Positions 26,456 to 41,610 of a stretch of 64,000 nt of DNA are shown here, in pieces (within the stretch, counting starts at the first letter, position 1; each line of letters opens with the position of its first letter). Made by a program: the position numbers and the translations under genes. The notes under the pieces were generated by a model that saw nothing but the letters and a program-made list of their open reading frames with translations, ran no database searches and was not told the DNA's origin. Origin of the DNA: Eledone cirrhosa (lineage: Eukaryota); contig OZ024757.1 in the NCBI GenBank assembly GCA_964016885.1, positions 9,734,001 to 9,798,000 on the forward strand. The letters are read 5' to 3'.

Positions 26456-27835
26456 ATATATATATATATATATACTAGTATTCAAGATAACATTGTTAGA
26501 ACTCATTGCAGCCTTGAAGAGATGGTTTCAACAAGATTGGGTGATGAAAGTTATAGTTTTTGTAGTAGGATCTCATCACATAAGGTTCCTTCAAAGATTC
26601 TTCTAGAGTTACAGAGTCATTTATATATATATGTGTGTTTTGAACAATGAAAGTAAAACTAGAGACAAAGATATGTTCTTGATTATTTCATTGCTTTACG
26701 ATCATTTCAGAGGTTTGATTGATCATGGTAGATTGATATATTGACAAACAGGTAGTTGTTATGTCACTAACTATTTCTAGTCTCAAAATCCCTGATCAAT
26801 CACACCGTATCAATATATTGATTTACCATGATCAATCAACCCTCTGAAACGATCGCAAAAAGGGAAGCCATACTAGATGGAGACGAAAGTCGATGTGGTG
26901 AGAGCTGATCTCAAATTGCTGAGATTCACAGATGACGATGGAACAAGCGAGTGGGGAGATGTTGTGCTTAAAAGGACCCACCAACCCATACCACGATTGA
27001 AAAACGGACGTAAAACTATGATGATGATGTAGATGAAGTAAATTATATCAAAATGGATTTAGACTAAAACGAACAAAACTTCCCTGAAACAACAACAAGG
27101 TACAGCTAAATATAAACTATATTTTATAATATAAGGTAGTGAACCACATAATTAAATAGACGGAGGTAATTTAGATAATAAATATATCTTTAATTTACTT
27201 AAAGCAATAACAAGGTATAGCTAAATATAAACTATATTTTATAATGTAAGGTAGTGAACCACATAATTAAATAGACGGAGGTAATTTAAATAATAAAGAC
27301 AGTCATGATAACAATATATTTTATATCACATGTAACAGTGGAATCTGGTTAATTACTCGATCGTTGTAGGGGTCACATAATTATATTATTTACACACATT
27401 AATATAGACATTAATTAAATCTTTGTCATCTTACCTCCTTCACATATAATCAATGAATTGTGTTGTTAGTTGTTACTAAACAACCAAAGAAATAATCTCT
27501 TTGTTATCAAATTAGAAGTTTCAATGTTATCAGCTTTATTTCACGACATTAACGTTGGTGTATCTTCTTCATCTTTAGTCATAAATTGATATCTTGTCAG
27601 AATGAAGTAGTGAGGCTGACTTTATGTCTTTAGCTACAGATTTGATAGGAAATATATATATATATTAGGTTGATATGTGGTCTAAAATATATATATTGTC
27701 TATAATTGACTGATAGCAGATGTTCTGGTGAAATAGTTGATTTACTACTACAGATTGTAATGGAACTCTTAGTAGACACAATTGTAAAGTAAGAATAGAT
27801 ATGACAGTGTAAGACTGATGTCGGGGAATTAAAAT

Positions 27836-27876
<41 letters not shown>

Positions 27877-28725
27877 GTTACACAAGATATAATTAGATCA
27901 AGACAGTAGGTACTCGATATCGTTGGAAATGATTTAACTCCCTTACCGGTGTCATTAGTTAAAAGTCCCTGATATAATTTAATACATTCAGACAGTTCCA
28001 ATCGTATTTAATCGATAGTAAATGAAAAGGTGTCACTCAGTAAAATATCAATTATATATCGACGTAGTGTCTCTGACTGCTAGAAATAGCAGTGAAATTA
28101 TCCATTACAGACTTTTCTTTCTTTAAACTCTTACGTTTAGTAGATGTTTGTGTTGAGAATGTGTGTATTTGTGTATTGTATGACGGAAGTCACCATTGAA
28201 GATGTTAAAAGCAATGTTGTGGAAAATAGCATCGTACGTAGACTTTGTAATTGTTTATATATAATTTATTTACAGATTAGAAAGGTTAGAAGAATGTCTC
28301 TTGAGAGGATAGTTAATGTTATCAATAAAAAGGTTATAAAGGTTTAAAGACGTACGGTCAACTGGCTGTGGCGTTAGCCAGACCTGTAGTGTTATATGTT
28401 GCTACATATTGTCTATGCTTGAGGAACGAAAGCAAGAGATGTTTACATTCACGGTGTCGAGCTGCAAGAGAGAGAGTATCGAATCTCTGCGGGAATTTTT
28501 CCATCTGGGCAGAAGTCGAGATACATTTTCCTACGCTGGTAACGATTGGCTGAACTGAGACAAACAACGCACAGAGAATGTATCCATGAGCCTTCGGAAT
28601 GTAGGTCACTACAATACCCCTTATTTAGTCTGCAAGACGATACTTAAGATTGAATCAGCAGGAAAATGGCTTAAAGAGAGGACATCAATGAATATATATG
28701 TGTGTATATATGATATATAAATATA

Positions 28726-29603
28726 CAGGTGTGGACGATATTTGGTCGCAATTTTCAACTGCTAATTTTATGCAAATACTTTTTACTTCCGTTGTCACTC
28801 TTGACCTCATAAAACAGTGACTATATTTCCATTATTTATTTTCAGAATAATTGATTATGAATAATTTTGAACCTCCAAATTTGTGGAAGAGACACGGAGT
28901 TCTTCTTGGAATCTGTGCCGGGAGCACAAATAAGACCAGAAGATCAACTCCCAGAACAACAGGTGGCTCGCTGTCTCATCCAAAGATGTGCCCAGAGTCA
29001 TGCAGATAAGGTTTCCAGCGACAACATTAGTCTTAGGTGTCGTCAGCATTCAATGTGACGTAATGCCACCTGACTGCTTCCCTGAGGGTCTCAAGCTGAA
29101 CACCGGTGGCTACATTCACGTTCTGAGCAAGGTAGTAAAGCCCTGGATCAACCAGGTAGCTGCAGGTAGGCCGTACGTGTTGCAGCAAGACTCAGCGCCC
29201 TGCCATACCAGCTGGAAGATACAAGCCTAGCTGATAGAGAACTTCGTCGACCTCACCTCCCCTGACATCTGGCCTCCCAGCTAGCCTGACTGCAATCCTC
29301 TCGACTTCTTTGTGTGGGGCGCAGTGGAACGAGACACCAACAGATCCAGCTGCAATAGGAAAGACGATCTGAAGGCCAGGATCATAAGTGCCTTTAGGGG
29401 CCTAAGACAGGGGACAGTGACGAAGGCCTGTAGCCGGTTTCGAGGCCGTCATCAAAGACAATGGCAGGTTTATCGAGTGAGATTGAAAGAACAAGTCATG
29501 AAGACAAACTGACCAAAGTTTGATAAACAAATCTTAAAAAACAAAACTACTGTGTTATTTTTCCGAGACAGTAATCTTGCGAATAATTATCGTCCGCACC
29601 CTG
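28726..29603 (+). mobile_element. Tc1/mariner DD37D (maT-like) transposon remnant, unit B copy
   Basis: Same TIRs, TA flanks and QQDSAPCH motif as 13717-14600. Confidence 0.85.
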
Positions 29604-29643
29604 TATATATACATATATAATATATATATACATATATATATAT

Positions 29644-31050
29644 AAAGGGGATGCTCTGGAGAGGAGCAATTATAGGGGTATAAAACTGATGGATCAGGTT
29701 ATGAAAGTGGCAGAAAGGATATTAGCACAACTAATTAGAGAAAGGGTCAAACTAGATGAGATGCAGTTTGGTTTTGTGCCTGGGAAGAGTACAACAGATG
29801 CCCTCTTCTTGGTGAGACAATTGCAAGAGAGGTTCTTAGAGAAGAATAAGTCACTATACTTAACCTTTGTCGACCTAGAGAAAGCGTTTGATAGGGTACC
29901 CCGATCTGTCATCTGGTGGTCCCTAAGGAAACTAGGTGTTGAGGAATGGCTTGTGAGGACAGTGCAAAGTATGTACAGAGGTGCTGTCAGTAAAGTCAGG
30001 GTAGGAATGGAGTTTAGTGAGGAATTCGAGATACAAGTAGGAGTACATCAAGGTTCAGTCCTCAGCCCGCTCTTGTTCATTATAGTCCTCCAAGCCATAA
30101 CAGAGGAGTTTAAGACTGGCTGTCCATAGGAACTTCTCTATGCTGACGATCTGGTTCTTATAGCAGAATCAGTAGAGGAGATAGAGAATAAATTCTGGCT
30201 ATGGAAACAGCAGTTGGAAGCAAGAGGACTGAGGGTGAACCTCGCTAAGAGAAAAGTGTTAATGAGTAGAAAAGAGGACAAAACTCTGATTCCGTCAGGG
30301 AAATGGCCATGTTCGATATGCAGAAAAGGAACTGGGATAAATTCTATAAAATGCACACAATGCAGGTCCTGGGTACACAAGAGATGTAGCGGGATAGCAG
30401 GCAAACTAACAGTTAGGGAGAAATATACCTGCAGTAGATGTAGAGGGAAATTAGACAGAAGTTGCATTGATAGACACATTTTTCAAATGCAGGAGGGCGC
30501 TATAGAAGTGGTGGATAGCTTCCGGTACCTCGGAGATCAGATTAGCATGGGAGGAGGGTGTTCCGAGGCCATAGTATCTAGAATAAGGATGGGTTGGAAG
30601 AAGTTTAGGGAGCTGCTTCCTCTGCTGACGAAGAAGGGTTTCTTCCTGCGTATGAAAGGCCGGTTGTATGATGCCTGTGTGAGGAGCGCGATGCTGCATG
30701 CAGTGTAACTGTGCATGAACGACCCGGCATAGATGTGTTGAGAGAAAAACTGTGTCTGAGAGGGATAGAATGTAGTGTACGGGAGAGGAGACTGAGGTGG
30801 TATGGACATGTGATGCACATGGAGGATGACCGATGGGTGAAGAAGTGCCAGGAAATGTGAGTTGAAGACGTGGTAGAGGTAGACCACGAAAAACATGGGC
30901 GGAGGTGGTGAGAACAGACCTCAGATCATTGAAGCTCACGGTTGTCATGACGAAGGTCCGTGACGAGTGGAGAGATGCTGTGCTGAATAAGAACCGTCCC
31001 ACCCTTGCAAGCAGGGAAAAGCGGACGTAAAATGATGATGATGATGATGA
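29644..31050 (+). mobile_element. 5'-truncated RTE LINE specific to unit B
   Basis: ORFs 29689-30129 and 30214-30708 (RT, PHD-like finger) and a (GAT)n tail; absent after the mariner in unit A. Confidence 0.9.
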
Positions 31051-33837
31051 TATATATATATATCATCATCAACACTGTTTTACGTCCGTTCTTCTATGCT
31101 AGCATGGGTTAGACGGGTTGTCCTGTTGTGAGCAATGTCCAGTTGGCTGACCTTGTCATGCTCATACGGGAACTGATTTTGACTTGATTTCTACAGCTGG
31201 ATGCCCTTCCTAACACCAACCTTATTTACAGAGAGTGCTGGGTACTTTTCTTCCGTAGTGCCTACATGTCCACTTTATAATGTGGGTTGATATATATATA
31301 ATATATTTAATATATATATATGATATATATATATATATATATAATATAATATATATAACATATATATATATATAATATAATATATATATCTATATATCTA
31401 AAATAGAGAATGCCTAAAACTCAAGAACCACCCAACCGATTGTTTTCAAACTTTACACATGTAATATTTATAGTCCTGTGAGTGTTTTGAGGAGAAAAAT
31501 TTCAAATTTTCAATGCCCTAGGGACCGCATTAGGCGATTTAGCGATCTCCGGGCCATTCTGCTAGTAATATATATAATATATATGGCTTAGTGGTTAGAG
31601 CATTGGGCTTGTAATTGAAAGGTTGTGAGTTCAATTCTCGGACCGGGTGATGTTTTACGTCCTTGAGCAAGACACTTTATTTCACGTTGCTCCTTCTACC
31701 TTGAGTTGTGACCAATAGATAGTATTAGCAATTGGAAAGACCAATGGAAACATTGTTTCTTCAGTCCAATTTGACGAAAAACGATCGACTGACGATATAT
31801 GTATATATATATATATTATACATATATATATATGTGTCACTTGCTGGATCTGCTAGAAGGACCCAGATAATATGAGATGTTCTCCCGGCTGTATCATATA
31901 CTGCAAATCTATGCAGATGTATACACATATATACACAAACACATAAAGATACACATGTAATTATACACACATAGAAGTGGTTGATTGCTTCTGTGATTTA
32001 ATTAGCAGTGGAGGATGACTGTATAACACCTGCCAATAAAATATGATGCTGCATGGTAGTGAAACAATGGCTGTGACAGCAGAAAAAAAGTGTAGATTGG
32101 AGAGAAATGAAGCAACCATGCTTCATTGGATGTGCCATTTAAGTGTGAGAGAAAGGCAGAGCTTGGACAAGTTGAGGGAGAAGCTGGGTTTAAGAGGGAT
32201 CTTAAGAGATGTGTAAGAGAGAAGACTGCATTGGTACGGACATGTAATACACATGGATAATGTCAGCTGGGTGAAGAAGTGCCAGGACATCCCAGTAGAA
32301 GGAAGCCATAGTAGAGGTAGACCAAGAGAGACCTGGACAGAGGCTGTGTGAACTGACTTCAAATGACTGACTCTCACAGAGGAGATGACAAAAGGACACA
32401 ACAAGTTGAAAGATGCCATGTTGAGAAGGACATGTCCAACCCAAGGAAGCATAGAAAAACAGACATAAAAACAGTGATGATGTTGATGAAGATGACGTAC
32501 ATATACACACATACATAATAAATAAATCAAATACAGATATGCACAGTGGAGGCACATGGCTTAGTGGTTAGAGCATTGGCCTTGCAATCGAAAGGTTGTG
32601 AGTTCAATTCTCAGACCGTGTGATGTGTTGTTTCCTTGAGCAAGACACTTTATTTCACATTGTTCCAGTTTACTCAGCTGTAGAAATGAGATGATAGGGA
32701 CTGGGGTTCATATCATTCCACTGCAAAGTGGTCATGGAGGTGCCACGGTAAAAAAAGCACCCAGCACTCTCTGTAAATGAGGCTGGTGTTAGGAAGGGCA
32801 TCCAGCTGTAGAAATCAAGCCAGAATCAGTTCAGTCCCACCTTTGCAAGCAGGGAAAAGCGGACGTAAAATGATGATGATGATATGCACATACTTATATA
32901 CAAACATATACATGGACACAAATTTCTACACACATACATTCACATATATATAGCATATGTCAATTCTGAACAATACAGTTTAGTCAGCACAAGTCTTGGT
33001 TACAACTTCTACAAATGAAATGAAAGGAGAATAATTTCTTAGTGAAACAGTTTTATTCAAAATATTAACAACATTGGTGGCACTATTTTAGGTGAGTGAC
33101 ATGGTTTTATCTTGTCTGATTGTGTTTGTGTTGCATCAAGTAACCTTTACAAGAGAATTATTTACCATAGACACCACAGTGATATGGTTCCTCTCTTGTA
33201 TGTGTTAGTGTGTAGTGAAGCCACAACATTTAGAGAAGCATTTACCACAGTGATATAGTTCCTCTACTGTATATGTTAGTGTGTAGTGAAGCCACAACAT
33301 TTAGAGAAGGATTTACTACAGACATCACAGTGATATGGTTCCTCTCCTGTAAGTTATTGTGTAGTAAAGACACAACATATAGAGAAGGATTTACCACAGA
33401 CATCACAGTGATATGGTTCCTCTCCTCTATGTTAGTGTTTAGTGAAACCAAAATTAGAAAATGATTTACATGGGCTGAGGTGGTAAGGGCAGACCTTGGA
33501 AGCTCACGGTGTAAATGACAAAGGACCGTGACAAGTGAAGAGATGCTTTGCTGAATAGGACTCATCCCACCCTTGCAAGCAGGGAAAAGCAGACGTAAAA
33601 TGATGATGATGATGATGATATGTTTTCCCTCATCTATGCATATATTTAGTTAAATTGCTGCATTAAAAGATATATTTTCCAAACATATCAAAGTGATATG
33701 GCTTCCCACCTGTATATGTTTGTGTGAAGTTAATGTAGCATTGAAAGAGAATGATTTACCATAGATATTACACTGATATATATTTGTATTCTCATTAATT
33801 CACAATTTTGAGAGGATTTATCACTGATGTCAATGCA

Positions 33838-36021
33838 TTATGATTTCTCCTCTGCATGTATGAGTTTGTGAGTAGTTAGGCTACTTTTCCAAGAGAGTGA
33901 TATACCACAGATATCACAGTGATATGGCTTGTCTCCTGTATGGGTACGTTTGTGGCTAGTTAAGGTACTACTTTGAGAGAATGATTTACCACAGATATCA
34001 CAGTGATATGGCTTATCTCCTGTATGTATATTTTTGTGTCTAGTTAAGGAACTACTATCAGAGAATGATTTACCACAGATATCACAGCAATATGGCTTGT
34101 CTCCTGTATGGGTACGTTTGTGGTTAGTTAAGGTACTAATTAATGAGAATGATTTACCACAGATATCACAGTGATATGGCTTGTCTCCTGTATGGGTACA
34201 TTTGTGGCTAGTTAAGGTACTACTTCGAGAGAATAATTTACCACAGATATCACAGCGATATGGCTTGTCTCCTGTATGTATATGTTTGTGGGAAGCTAAG
34301 TGACTACTTCGAGAGAATGATTTACCACATTTATCACAGTGATATGGCTTGTCTCCTATATGTATACGTTTGTGTCTAGTTAAGTTACTACTATCAGAGA
34401 ATGATTTAGCACAGATATCACAGTGGTATGACGTGTCTCCTGTATGTATACGTTTGTGTCTAGTTAAGGCATTACTTTCAGAGGATGATTTACCACAGAT
34501 ATCACAGTGGTATGGCTTGTCTCCTGTATGTATATGTTTGTGGCTAGTTAAGGAACTACTATCAGAGAATGATTTGCCACAGATATCACAGTGATATGGC
34601 TTGTCTCCTGTATGTATATGTTTGTGTCTAGTTAAGCTACTACTATCAGAGAATGATTTGCCACAGATATCACAGTGATATGGCTTGTCTCCTGTATGTA
34701 TACGTTTGTGGCTAGTTAAGGTACTACTTTGAGAGAATGATTTACCACAGATATCACAGCGACATGGCGTGTCTCCTGTATGTATACGTTTGTGGCTAGT
34801 TAAGTTACTACTATCAGAGAATGATTTACCACAGATATCACAGTGATATGGCTTGTCTCCTGTATGTATACATTTGTGTCTAGTTAAGCTACTACTATCA
34901 GAGAATGATTTACCACAGATATCACAGTGATATGGCATGTCTCCTGTATGTATACGTTTGTGTTTAGTTAAGTGACCACTTACAGAGAATGATTTACCAC
35001 AGATATCACAGTGATATGGCTTGTCTCCTGTATGTATACGTTTGTGGCTAGTTAAGGTACTACTTTGAGAGAATGATTTACCACAGATATCACAGTGGTA
35101 TGGCTTGTCTCCTGTATGTATACGTTTGTGTCTAGTTATGGCGATACTTTCAGAGAAAGATTTACCACAGATATCACAGTGATATGACATATCCCCTGTA
35201 TGTATACGCATGTGTATAGTCAAGGTACTACTTTTATTGAATGATTTACCACAGATATCACAGTAATATGCCCTCTGTCCTGTATGTATACGTTTTTGTC
35301 TAGTTAAGTGACTACTTTGAGAGAATGATTTACCACAGATGTGACAGTGGTATGGCTTGTCTCCTGTATGGGTACGTAAGTGTTTAGCTAATGCATCACT
35401 CTGAGGGAAAGTTTCACCACAGATATCACAGTGATATGGCTTCTCACCTGTATGTAAATGGTTGTGACTAGTTAGGCTACCTTTCCCAGAGAATGATTTA
35501 GCACAAATATCACAGTGATATGGCTTCTCTCCAGTATCTATACATTTGTGACTAGTTAAGGTACTATTTATAGAGAATGATTTGCCACAGATATCACCGT
35601 TATACGGCTTCTCTCTAGTATTTATACGTTTGTGGGTAGTTAAGTTACTACTTACAGAGAATGATCTACCACAGATCTCACAGTGATATGGCTTCTCTCC
35701 ACTATGTATACGATTGTGGCTAGTTAAGACACTACACTGAGAGAATGATATCCCACAGAACTCACAATGATATGGCTTGTCTCATGTATGTATACGTTTG
35801 TGACTAGCTAAGGCAATACTGTGAGAGAATGATTTACTACAGATATCTGTGATATGGCTTGTCTCCTGTATGTATAACTTTGTGAGTAGTTAAGGTACTA
35901 TGATTTACCAGATATTGCAGTGATATGGTTTCTCTTCTCCAACCTTTGTCATCTCACCAGGAATACTAAACATTTTCGATTGTGTTTCGCATTTAACCTT
36001 TTCACTCAATTTATTTTCCAT
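33838..36021 (-). pseudogene. C2H2 zinc-finger gene copy C, ~25 fingers, 5' part disrupted
   Basis: ATG at 36021 (MENKLSEK). Deletions/frameshifts at ~35900 and ~35848 and a TGA at ~35783. The frame is then open to the stop at 33838 (annotated ORF of 461 aa = 16 full fingers). Confidence 0.85.
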
Positions 36022-37989
36022 AATAATTTCATCTCCAACAGAATATACTTGTAATATTTTTTACATTATATTCCTAAAAAATATATCTTCTATATTTCCC
36101 TCAACTGTGATTTCAGTTAATAGTCTTCAAATGATGATAAATAGAGGGGATGTATCCGAGATTGAAAATAATAATTTATCCCAATGTCATCTGGTATTCT
36201 GAAATAAGAAAGAAACAGTATGAGATAATACAGAATACTTAAGAAGCAGAGATAGATTTAACAGTGGAAATTTTATATTTCTATATTGGTAAACTGTAGA
36301 TATCAACTTTCCTGTCCAGAGTAATTCTCTCCAATTCAAACAGTAGTATTCCAGCATGCTCTATAAATGTTATCCTTCTATATCTAGAGAGGTCTGCTCT
36401 ATGGCAGTTTAGTGAACAATTCATTCTGATAGGACTCTCTAACATAGCTATTATCTCCTCTCCTGGTGACATGTCAACAACAGTTTAACTTCCATCTTTT
36501 TATTAGTAAGAGTCAATTGTTCCTCTATATCTTTTTCTTACTTCTTTTCTATCTTTCTCTGGGAGAAATCGGCTGTTACGAGTCTATATGAATCCATACA
36601 ATATCAGATTTCACTTGAAGTTTTATTCAGATCTCAATTGTGTTCAAACGAGAGAGGTGATGGGCTCCATCAGGTTTAAAATATGTCCGAGAAATACTGT
36701 ATGTCACTTAGTGTACCACTACGACTCCACCAGTGTTGCATTTGTTTAGAACTATGTCTGGGTTAGCCAGCCAAGTATCAGTAGAAGGGAAAACAGGGCC
36801 CTGGTCCCCTCAGAAAAATGGCCTTGCTCTGTGTGCTAGAAAGGTGTAGGTAGAAATTCCATTCTCTGTCCAAAATACAAACAATGGGTACACAAGAGAA
36901 GTAGTGGGATCTCAGGTAGGTTAGCTAAGAATATAGGTTTTACATGTGGCCATTGCACAGGAGCAGTAAGCAGCAAACATTCACAGGAAGCAACGATTGA
37001 CTTTCGTCAAATTGGACCGGGAAACAATGTTTCCATTGGTCTTTCCAATTGCTAATACTATCTATCAGTCACAACTCCAGGTAGAAGGAGTAATGTGAAA
37101 TAAAATGTCTTGCTCAAGGACATAACACATCACCCGGTCAGTGAATCGAACTCACAACCTTAACGATTGCAAATCCAATTCTCTAACCACTCAGCCACAC
37201 GCCTTCACAGGAAACAAGCTCTAACAAACTGTTGGAGGCTCACATAGAAGAGGTAGACAGCTTCTGTTGCCTGGGTGATGATAGCATCAGTGGAGGTGGG
37301 TGTTCTGAAAGTAGAGCAGCCTGAGTGAACATGGAATGGAAAAGGTTCAGGATGCTACTACCATGGCAACTTACTAAAGGCTTTTTCTTCAACACAAAGG
37401 GCAGGTTGAATAATGCGTGTATATGAACAGTTTAACACACACACACACATATATATATATATAATTGTGTGTATATGTATATATATATACATTAAGACAA
37501 TGTCACTGGACTGAGATCTTTGGCGCTTCTCAGTAATACAGAAGATCCGCCTTCCCTATGTACAAAGCGAAACCTACAGTCAGTAGGCACTTCTTAACTA
37601 AATATACACCCCCGTCCCCATACCCCCACCCCATCAACACCAACCTTTCTCTGTAAAGTTATGTTGGTACCACAACATCCAGTCCTAAATAAATGAGATC
37701 GTGTAGGTGTCATGACAAAAAAACACACAGTCCACGCAGTAATGTGGCCGTGTAGGTAACACGGTAAAAACCTCCCAGTCCACACTGTAAACGTGGTTGG
37801 TGTTAGGAAGGATATCCAGCCATAGAAAACCTGCCATCTAGTCCTTTACAAGTGAGACACGGTCACCCGACCAATCTTGCATCAACTAAACCCCGGCTAG
37901 CATGGAAGGTAGACATTAAACGATGATGATGACAAGCAATATATATAATCTAAATAGAATGGTATAATGAAAGCATATAATGTAGGTAC

Positions 37990-39451
37990 AGCAGTATTCT
38001 CATAAATTGCTACAAAGGTAAAGGGGATGCTCTAGAGAGGAGCAATTATAGGGGCATAAAGCTGATGGATCAGGTTATGAAAGTGGCAGAGAGAATATTA
38101 GCGCAGCTGATTAGAGAAAGGGTCAATTTAGATGAGATGCAGTTTGGTTTTGTGCCTCGGAAAAGTACAACAGAAGCCCTCTTCTTAGTGAGGCAACTAC
38201 AAGGGAGGTTCTTAGAGAAGAATAAGTCTGTATACTTAGCTTTTGTTAGGGTAACCCGATCTGTCATCTGGTGGTCCCTAAGGAAACTAGGTGTAGAGGA
38301 ATGGCTTGCGAGGACAGTGCTAGCTATGTACAGGGGTGCTGTCAGTAAAGTGAGGGTAGGAATGGAGTTTAGTGAGGAATTCCAGATACAAGTAGGTATA
38401 CATCAAGGTTCGGTCCTCAGCCCACTCTTGTTCGTTATAAGCCTCCAAGCCATAACAGAGGAGTTTAAGACTGGATGCCCATGGGAACTTCTCTATGCTG
38501 ATGATCTGGTTCTTATAGCAGAATCAGTGAATCAGTAGATGAGCTAGAGAATAAATTCTGGCTATGGAAACAGCAGTTGGAATCAAGAGGCCTGAGAGTG
38601 AATATAGCTTAAACAAAAGTGTTGATGAGTAGAAAAGAGGACAAAACTCTGATTCCATCAGGGAAATGGCCATGTTCGATATATAGGAAAGGAACTGGCA
38701 TAAATTCCATAAAATGTACGCAATGCAGATGTTGGGTACACAAGAAATGTAGTGGGATAGCAGGCAAACCAACAAGTAGGGATAACTATGTATGCAGTAG
38801 ATGTATAGGGAAAGTAGGCAGTAGTAATCGCAGTGATAAACACATTTTTCAAATACAGGTGGGTTCTATAGATGTAGTTGATAGCTTCCGGTATCTAGGT
38901 GATCAGATTAGCATGGGAGGGGGTTGTTCCGAGGCCATAGTATCTAGAAAAAGGACAGGTTGGAAGAAGTTGAGGGAGCTGCTTTCTCTGTTGACAAAGA
39001 AGGGTTTCTCCCAGCATACGAAAGGACGGTTATATGATGCCTGTGTGAAATGTGCGATGCTACATGGTAGTAAGACATGGGCAACAACTGCAAAAGATAT
39101 GACGGCTGGAGAGAAGCAAGCATGCTCCGTTGGATGTGCAATGTCAATGTGTGTGAACGACCAAGCATAGATGAGTTGAAGAAACTGGGTATAAGAGGGA
39201 TAGGTTGTGGTGTGCAAGAGAGAAGACTGAGATGGTATGGACATGTGACCACTGGGTAAAGAAGTGCCAAATAATCCCAGTAGTAGAAAGATGCAGAAGA
39301 GGTAGACCACATAAAACATGGGCGGAGGTGGTGAGAGAAGACCTCAGATCGCTGAAACTCACCTAGGAGATGACAAGTGGAGAGATGCTGTGCTGAATAG
39401 GACCCGTCCCACCCTTGCAAGCAGGGAAAAACAGACGTAAAATGATGATGA
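37990..39451 (+). mobile_element. 5'-truncated degenerate RTE LINE, unit C copy
   Basis: Paralogue of 8430-9842; ORFs 38065-38538 and 38619-39170. Confidence 0.9.
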
Positions 39452-41121
39452 TATATATATATATATATACTAGTATTCAAGATAACATTGTTAGAACTCA
39501 TTGCAGCCTTGAAGAGATGGTTTCAACAAGATTGGGTGGTGAAAGTTATAGTTTTTGTAGTAGGATCTCATCACATAAGGATCCTTCAAAGATTCTTCTA
39601 GAGTTACAGAGTTATTTATATATATGTGTGTGTTTTGAACAATGAAAGTAAAACTAGAGACAAAGATATGTTCTTAATTAGTTCATTGTTTTACGATCAT
39701 TTCAGAGGTTTGATTGATCATGGTAGATTGATATATTAACAAACAGGTAGTTGTTATGTCACTAACTATTTCTAGTCTCAAAATACATGATCAATCACAC
39801 CGTATCAATATATTGATTTACCATGATCAATCAACCCTCTGAAACGATCGTAAAACAATGAACCATATCTCAGACTTTTGTTTTATTTTCAATGTTCAAT
39901 ATTGAATCCGCCGGGGCTGTGGGTGGGGCCCACAGCATACCAATACATTAGTTAAATACCATTCTTTCATCTGATACAACACAATAAAGACTAAAGTGTT
40001 TATATATATGAAAGAAGATATTGAATCTATGAGACTTTGATATTACTTATTTTGAGGACAATACATTAACATCAATATGAGCAGCGAGTTACAGCCGGTT
40101 TGAACAGAAAGAAGTGAGAGAATTCTGGCTGGATATGGCCAGTTTAAATGCTAAAGGGTTAAAGACAAGTGACAGGCATGGAAAGACTGGAAAAATAGGG
40201 GCGTCAGACCAGGAACAGGTAGCTAAGAGAGAAGCTAGAAGACAGGTATACATAACACAGAGAGAGGCTGAAAAAAGAAAGTTTGCCAATGTCTTGAGAC
40301 ATGAGAATGAGAGGTGTGAAGTGTTCCACATTGCAAGACAGGGAAAGGTGTGTTAAAAATGACATTGGTACACTTAGCACCACTGATGCTCAAAAGAAAG
40401 AGGCCTGGAAATGTTACTATGAGAGATTGATGAATGTAGAGAATGAATTAAGAAGCAATCTTAGACTTTTGTTTTATGTTCATTGTTCAACACACATACA
40501 CACATAATTGACATTCTCTTTGGAATTACTGATGAAACTTGTTAGTGACACAACTACAAGAGCGGTTCCTAGCCAAGATTAAGCTGCAATATTTAGCTTT
40601 TATAGATCTAGAAAAGGCCTTTGACAGAGTACCTTACTTTATTATCTGGTGGTCCTTTAGAAAATTAGGTGGAGAATGGCTTGTGAGAGCAGTGCAAGCC
40701 ATGTACAGAGGAGCTGTCAGTAAAGCGAGAGTAGGAAGGGAGTTTAGTGAAGAATTCAATGTACAAGTAGGTGTTCATCATGGTTCAGTTCACAACCCAC
40801 TGCTGTTCATCATAGTTCTCCAGGCCATAACCAATGGGTTTAAGACTGGCTGTTCACGGGAAACAGTCTAATGCAAATGATCTGGTCCTTATAGCTGAAT
40901 CCATGAAAGAACTAGAGAATAAGTGACCCTACTGCGCATGTAGGAAAGAAGTAGGAATAAACTGTACACAATGATAGCTTCCGCTATCTAGGTAACCTAA
41001 TTAGCAGCAGAGGAGGGTGCCTCGTAAGAGAGGATAGGATTGAAGTTTAGAGAGCTACTTACACTGTTGGCAAATAAAGTTTCTCGCTACGTACAAAGAT
41101 GTTGGTTGTACAATGCTTGTG

Positions 41122-41610
41122 TCATCATCATCATCATCATCAGGTTTAGCGTCCGTGTTCCACGCTTGCATGGGTTTGGACGGGGGTTTTCCCACTTGAG
41201 GCAAGAGTGGTTGTCTTGCTCGCATAGGACTGTCTGGCGGGTTTTCTACAGTTGGATGCCCTTCCTAACACCAACCACATTTACAGTGTGGGGCTGGGGG
41301 GTTTTTACCGTGTTGCCTACACGGCCACATTACAGCGTGGACTGTCTGGCGGGTTTTCTACAGCTGGATGCCCTTCCTAACACCAACCACATTTACAGTG
41401 TGGGGCTGGGAGGTTTTTACCGTGTTGCCTACACGGCCACATTTACAGCGTGGACTGTGTGTTTTTTGTCGTGACACCTACACGATCTCATTTGTTTCGG
41501 CCTGGATGTTGTGGGACCAACATAACTTTACATTGAAAGGGGCGGTGTGGGTGGGGTGGAGGTGGTGGGACGGGGGTGTGTTTTGATAGAGGTGCCTACT
41601 GACTGTAGTA
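41122..41610 (-). mobile_element. RTE 3' UTR insertion specific to unit C, with a ~110-bp internal tandem duplication
   Basis: (CAT)n tail at 41122, homologous to 17871-18245; interrupts the older RTE, with the empty site at ~11580. Confidence 0.8.

Larger units (their letters stand above)
17536..31330. repeat. Tandem segmental duplication unit B
   Basis: Collinear with units A and C; has two unit-specific RTE insertions and two deletions (~24484, ~26858). Confidence 0.9.
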
